This document shows positions 31,258 through 32,000 of a stretch of DNA of 32,000 nucleotides, piece by piece. Location of the stretch: the NCBI RefSeq assembly GCF_000012285.1, contig NC_007181.1:1530001-1562000 (forward strand), read 5' to 3'. The translations under genes and the position numbers were made by a program. Source of the DNA: Sulfolobus acidocaldarius DSM 639 (lineage in GTDB: Archaea; Thermoproteota; Thermoprotei_A; Sulfolobales; Sulfolobaceae). The notes under the pieces are model-generated. The model saw nothing but the letters and a program-made list of their open reading frames with translations. It searched no databases and was not told the origin of the DNA. Each line of letters begins with the position of its first letter. The stretch's first letter is position 1.

Positions 31258-32000
31258 ATGTCTCCAAATATAATTTTTTCGTTTTATTCATTAAAAGTAT
31301 TAAAGATCATAGGAAAGGTATTCGCTTTAATTGTTCTTATCTTCTCGATATTTCTCACCTTTACCAATTTAATGGGTAGACCGACTTTCGTAGCAATTAC
31401 TTACGGTTACAGCATGTTTCCTTACCTAAAACCTGGAGACGTTGCCATAACAATTCCCGAACCAGTAGCAGGAAAAATAACCAATGGCTCAATAGTCGTA
31501 ATAAAAGACCCAGATTACGGTGTACTACCAGGTTATCCACCGTATATAATACACCAGGTAATTAACGTATTACCAAATGGGTCCTTCGTAACTAAGGGAA
31601 TTAATGATAACTTCGTGGATCAGATCTACATGCCTCCTGTAACAGTTTCCAACATATACGCCAAACTCCTAGTCATAAATAATAATCCTGTGGTAATACC
31701 ATACTTAGGGGAAATACTCAACAGCGCTAGGCTCAACTTAATTCCCTCTGTAGGGATGTTGGCGTTATTGGGAATTTCCTTTGCTGTCTTAGACAGGAGG
31801 AACAATAAAAGTAAAAAGAGGAGAAAAATAAACAACAGTGAATATGTTAACCTGAAAATTGTCGTGTTTTTCTTGTCCATCTTTGTGTTTTCCGTCTTCG
31901 TGATCATGGCTAGCGCACAGACCTCTAACACTACAGTAGTTTACTTGGTGTCCAGAACGCCAGGATATTTATACGGGGGAACACTCCAGTCCTCTTCAGT
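31258..32000 (+). CDS. S26-family (archaeal/eukaryotic Sec11/SipW type) signal peptidase I with extra C-terminal TM segments; 3' end beyond the window
   Basis: This ORF is not in the supplied track because it has no stop inside the window. My hand translation from ATG 31258 is MSPNIIFSFYSLKVLKIIGKVFALIVLIFSIFLTFTNLMGRPTFVAITYGYSMFPYLKPGDVAITIP...YIIHQVINVLPNGSFVTKGINDNFVDQ... The catalytic Ser box YSMFPYLKPGD corresponds to SGSMxPxLxxGD. The His box IIHQV corresponds to IVHRV. TKGINDNFVD corresponds to TKGDNNxxxD. The frame remains open to nt 32000. Confidence 0.75.
   Translation, partial: MSPNIIFSFYSLKVLKIIGKVFALIVLIFSIFLTFTNLMGRPTFVAITYGYSMFPYLKPGDVAITIPEPVAGKITNGSIVVIKDPDYGVLPGYPPYIIHQVINVLPNGSFVTKGINDNFVDQIYMPPVTVSNIYAKLLVINNNPVVIPYLGEILNSARLNLIPSVGMLALLGISFAVLDRRNNKSKKRRKINNSEYVNLKIVVFFLSIFVFSVFVIMASAQTSNTTVVYLVSRTPGYLYGGTLQSSS

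Noticed and set aside
31626-31931. Track ORF of 101 aa on the minus strand
   Set aside because: It lies entirely antisense to the open plus-strand frame that carries clear S26 signal-peptidase motifs. Its low-complexity Leu/Phe-rich translation mirrors the Lys/Arg-rich and hydrophobic coding sequence opposite.
1-32000. Search for CRISPR repeats, IS/transposase, integrase, tRNA or rRNA genes
   Set aside because: I found no regularly spaced repeats of 24 nt or more and no DDE/tyrosine-recombinase-like ORF. I also saw no cloverleaf candidates and no long G/C-enriched rRNA-like stretch when reading either strand. The short repeats found are reported individually.

Overview
AT-rich, gene-dense archaeal sequence. 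Three things point to a thermoacidophilic crenarchaeon of the Sulfolobales type: A/T-rich TATA-like boxes about 23-35 nt upstream of start codons, secreted proteins rich in N-x-S/T sequons with Ser/Thr tails, and the protein families present. This is inference from the sequence, not a database hit. I support 27 protein-coding genes. Two are cut by the window edges, one of those is missing from the supplied ORF track, and one small ORF is weak. I found no rRNA, tRNA, CRISPR array, transposase or integrase. Layout: (i) 1.4-15.0 kb holds a paa-like aromatic/acyl-CoA catabolic island. It contains a PaaA/PaaC-like di-iron pair, a crotonase, a benzoate-CoA-ligase-family enzyme, a PaaX-family regulator, a penicillin-acylase-family Ntn hydrolase, an AidB-like acyl-CoA dehydrogenase and a second acyl-CoA ligase. 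The island is interrupted by an AAA ATPase/PD-(D/E)xK protein whose promoter carries a conspicuous array of 10-bp iterons. (ii) 15-18.8 kb holds pyroglutamyl peptidase, an amidohydrolase and an MFS transporter. (iii) 19.2-27.2 kb is an envelope-oriented accessory region. It contains an orphan ABC-2-type permease with a large external domain, a B12-binding radical SAM enzyme, a small membrane protein, an ArsR-type regulator, a 772-aa internally duplicated glycoprotein and an MFS transporter. (iv) 27.4-29.4 kb holds VapBC and an SDR. (v) 29.7-32.0 kb holds a wHTH regulator, a lysine-free secreted beta-rich protein and, immediately downstream, an S26-type signal peptidase that runs off the window. 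I consider (v) the best candidate for an undescribed system: a TasA/SipW-like, non-type-IV filament locus. All functional calls rest on motifs read by eye. No searches were run.
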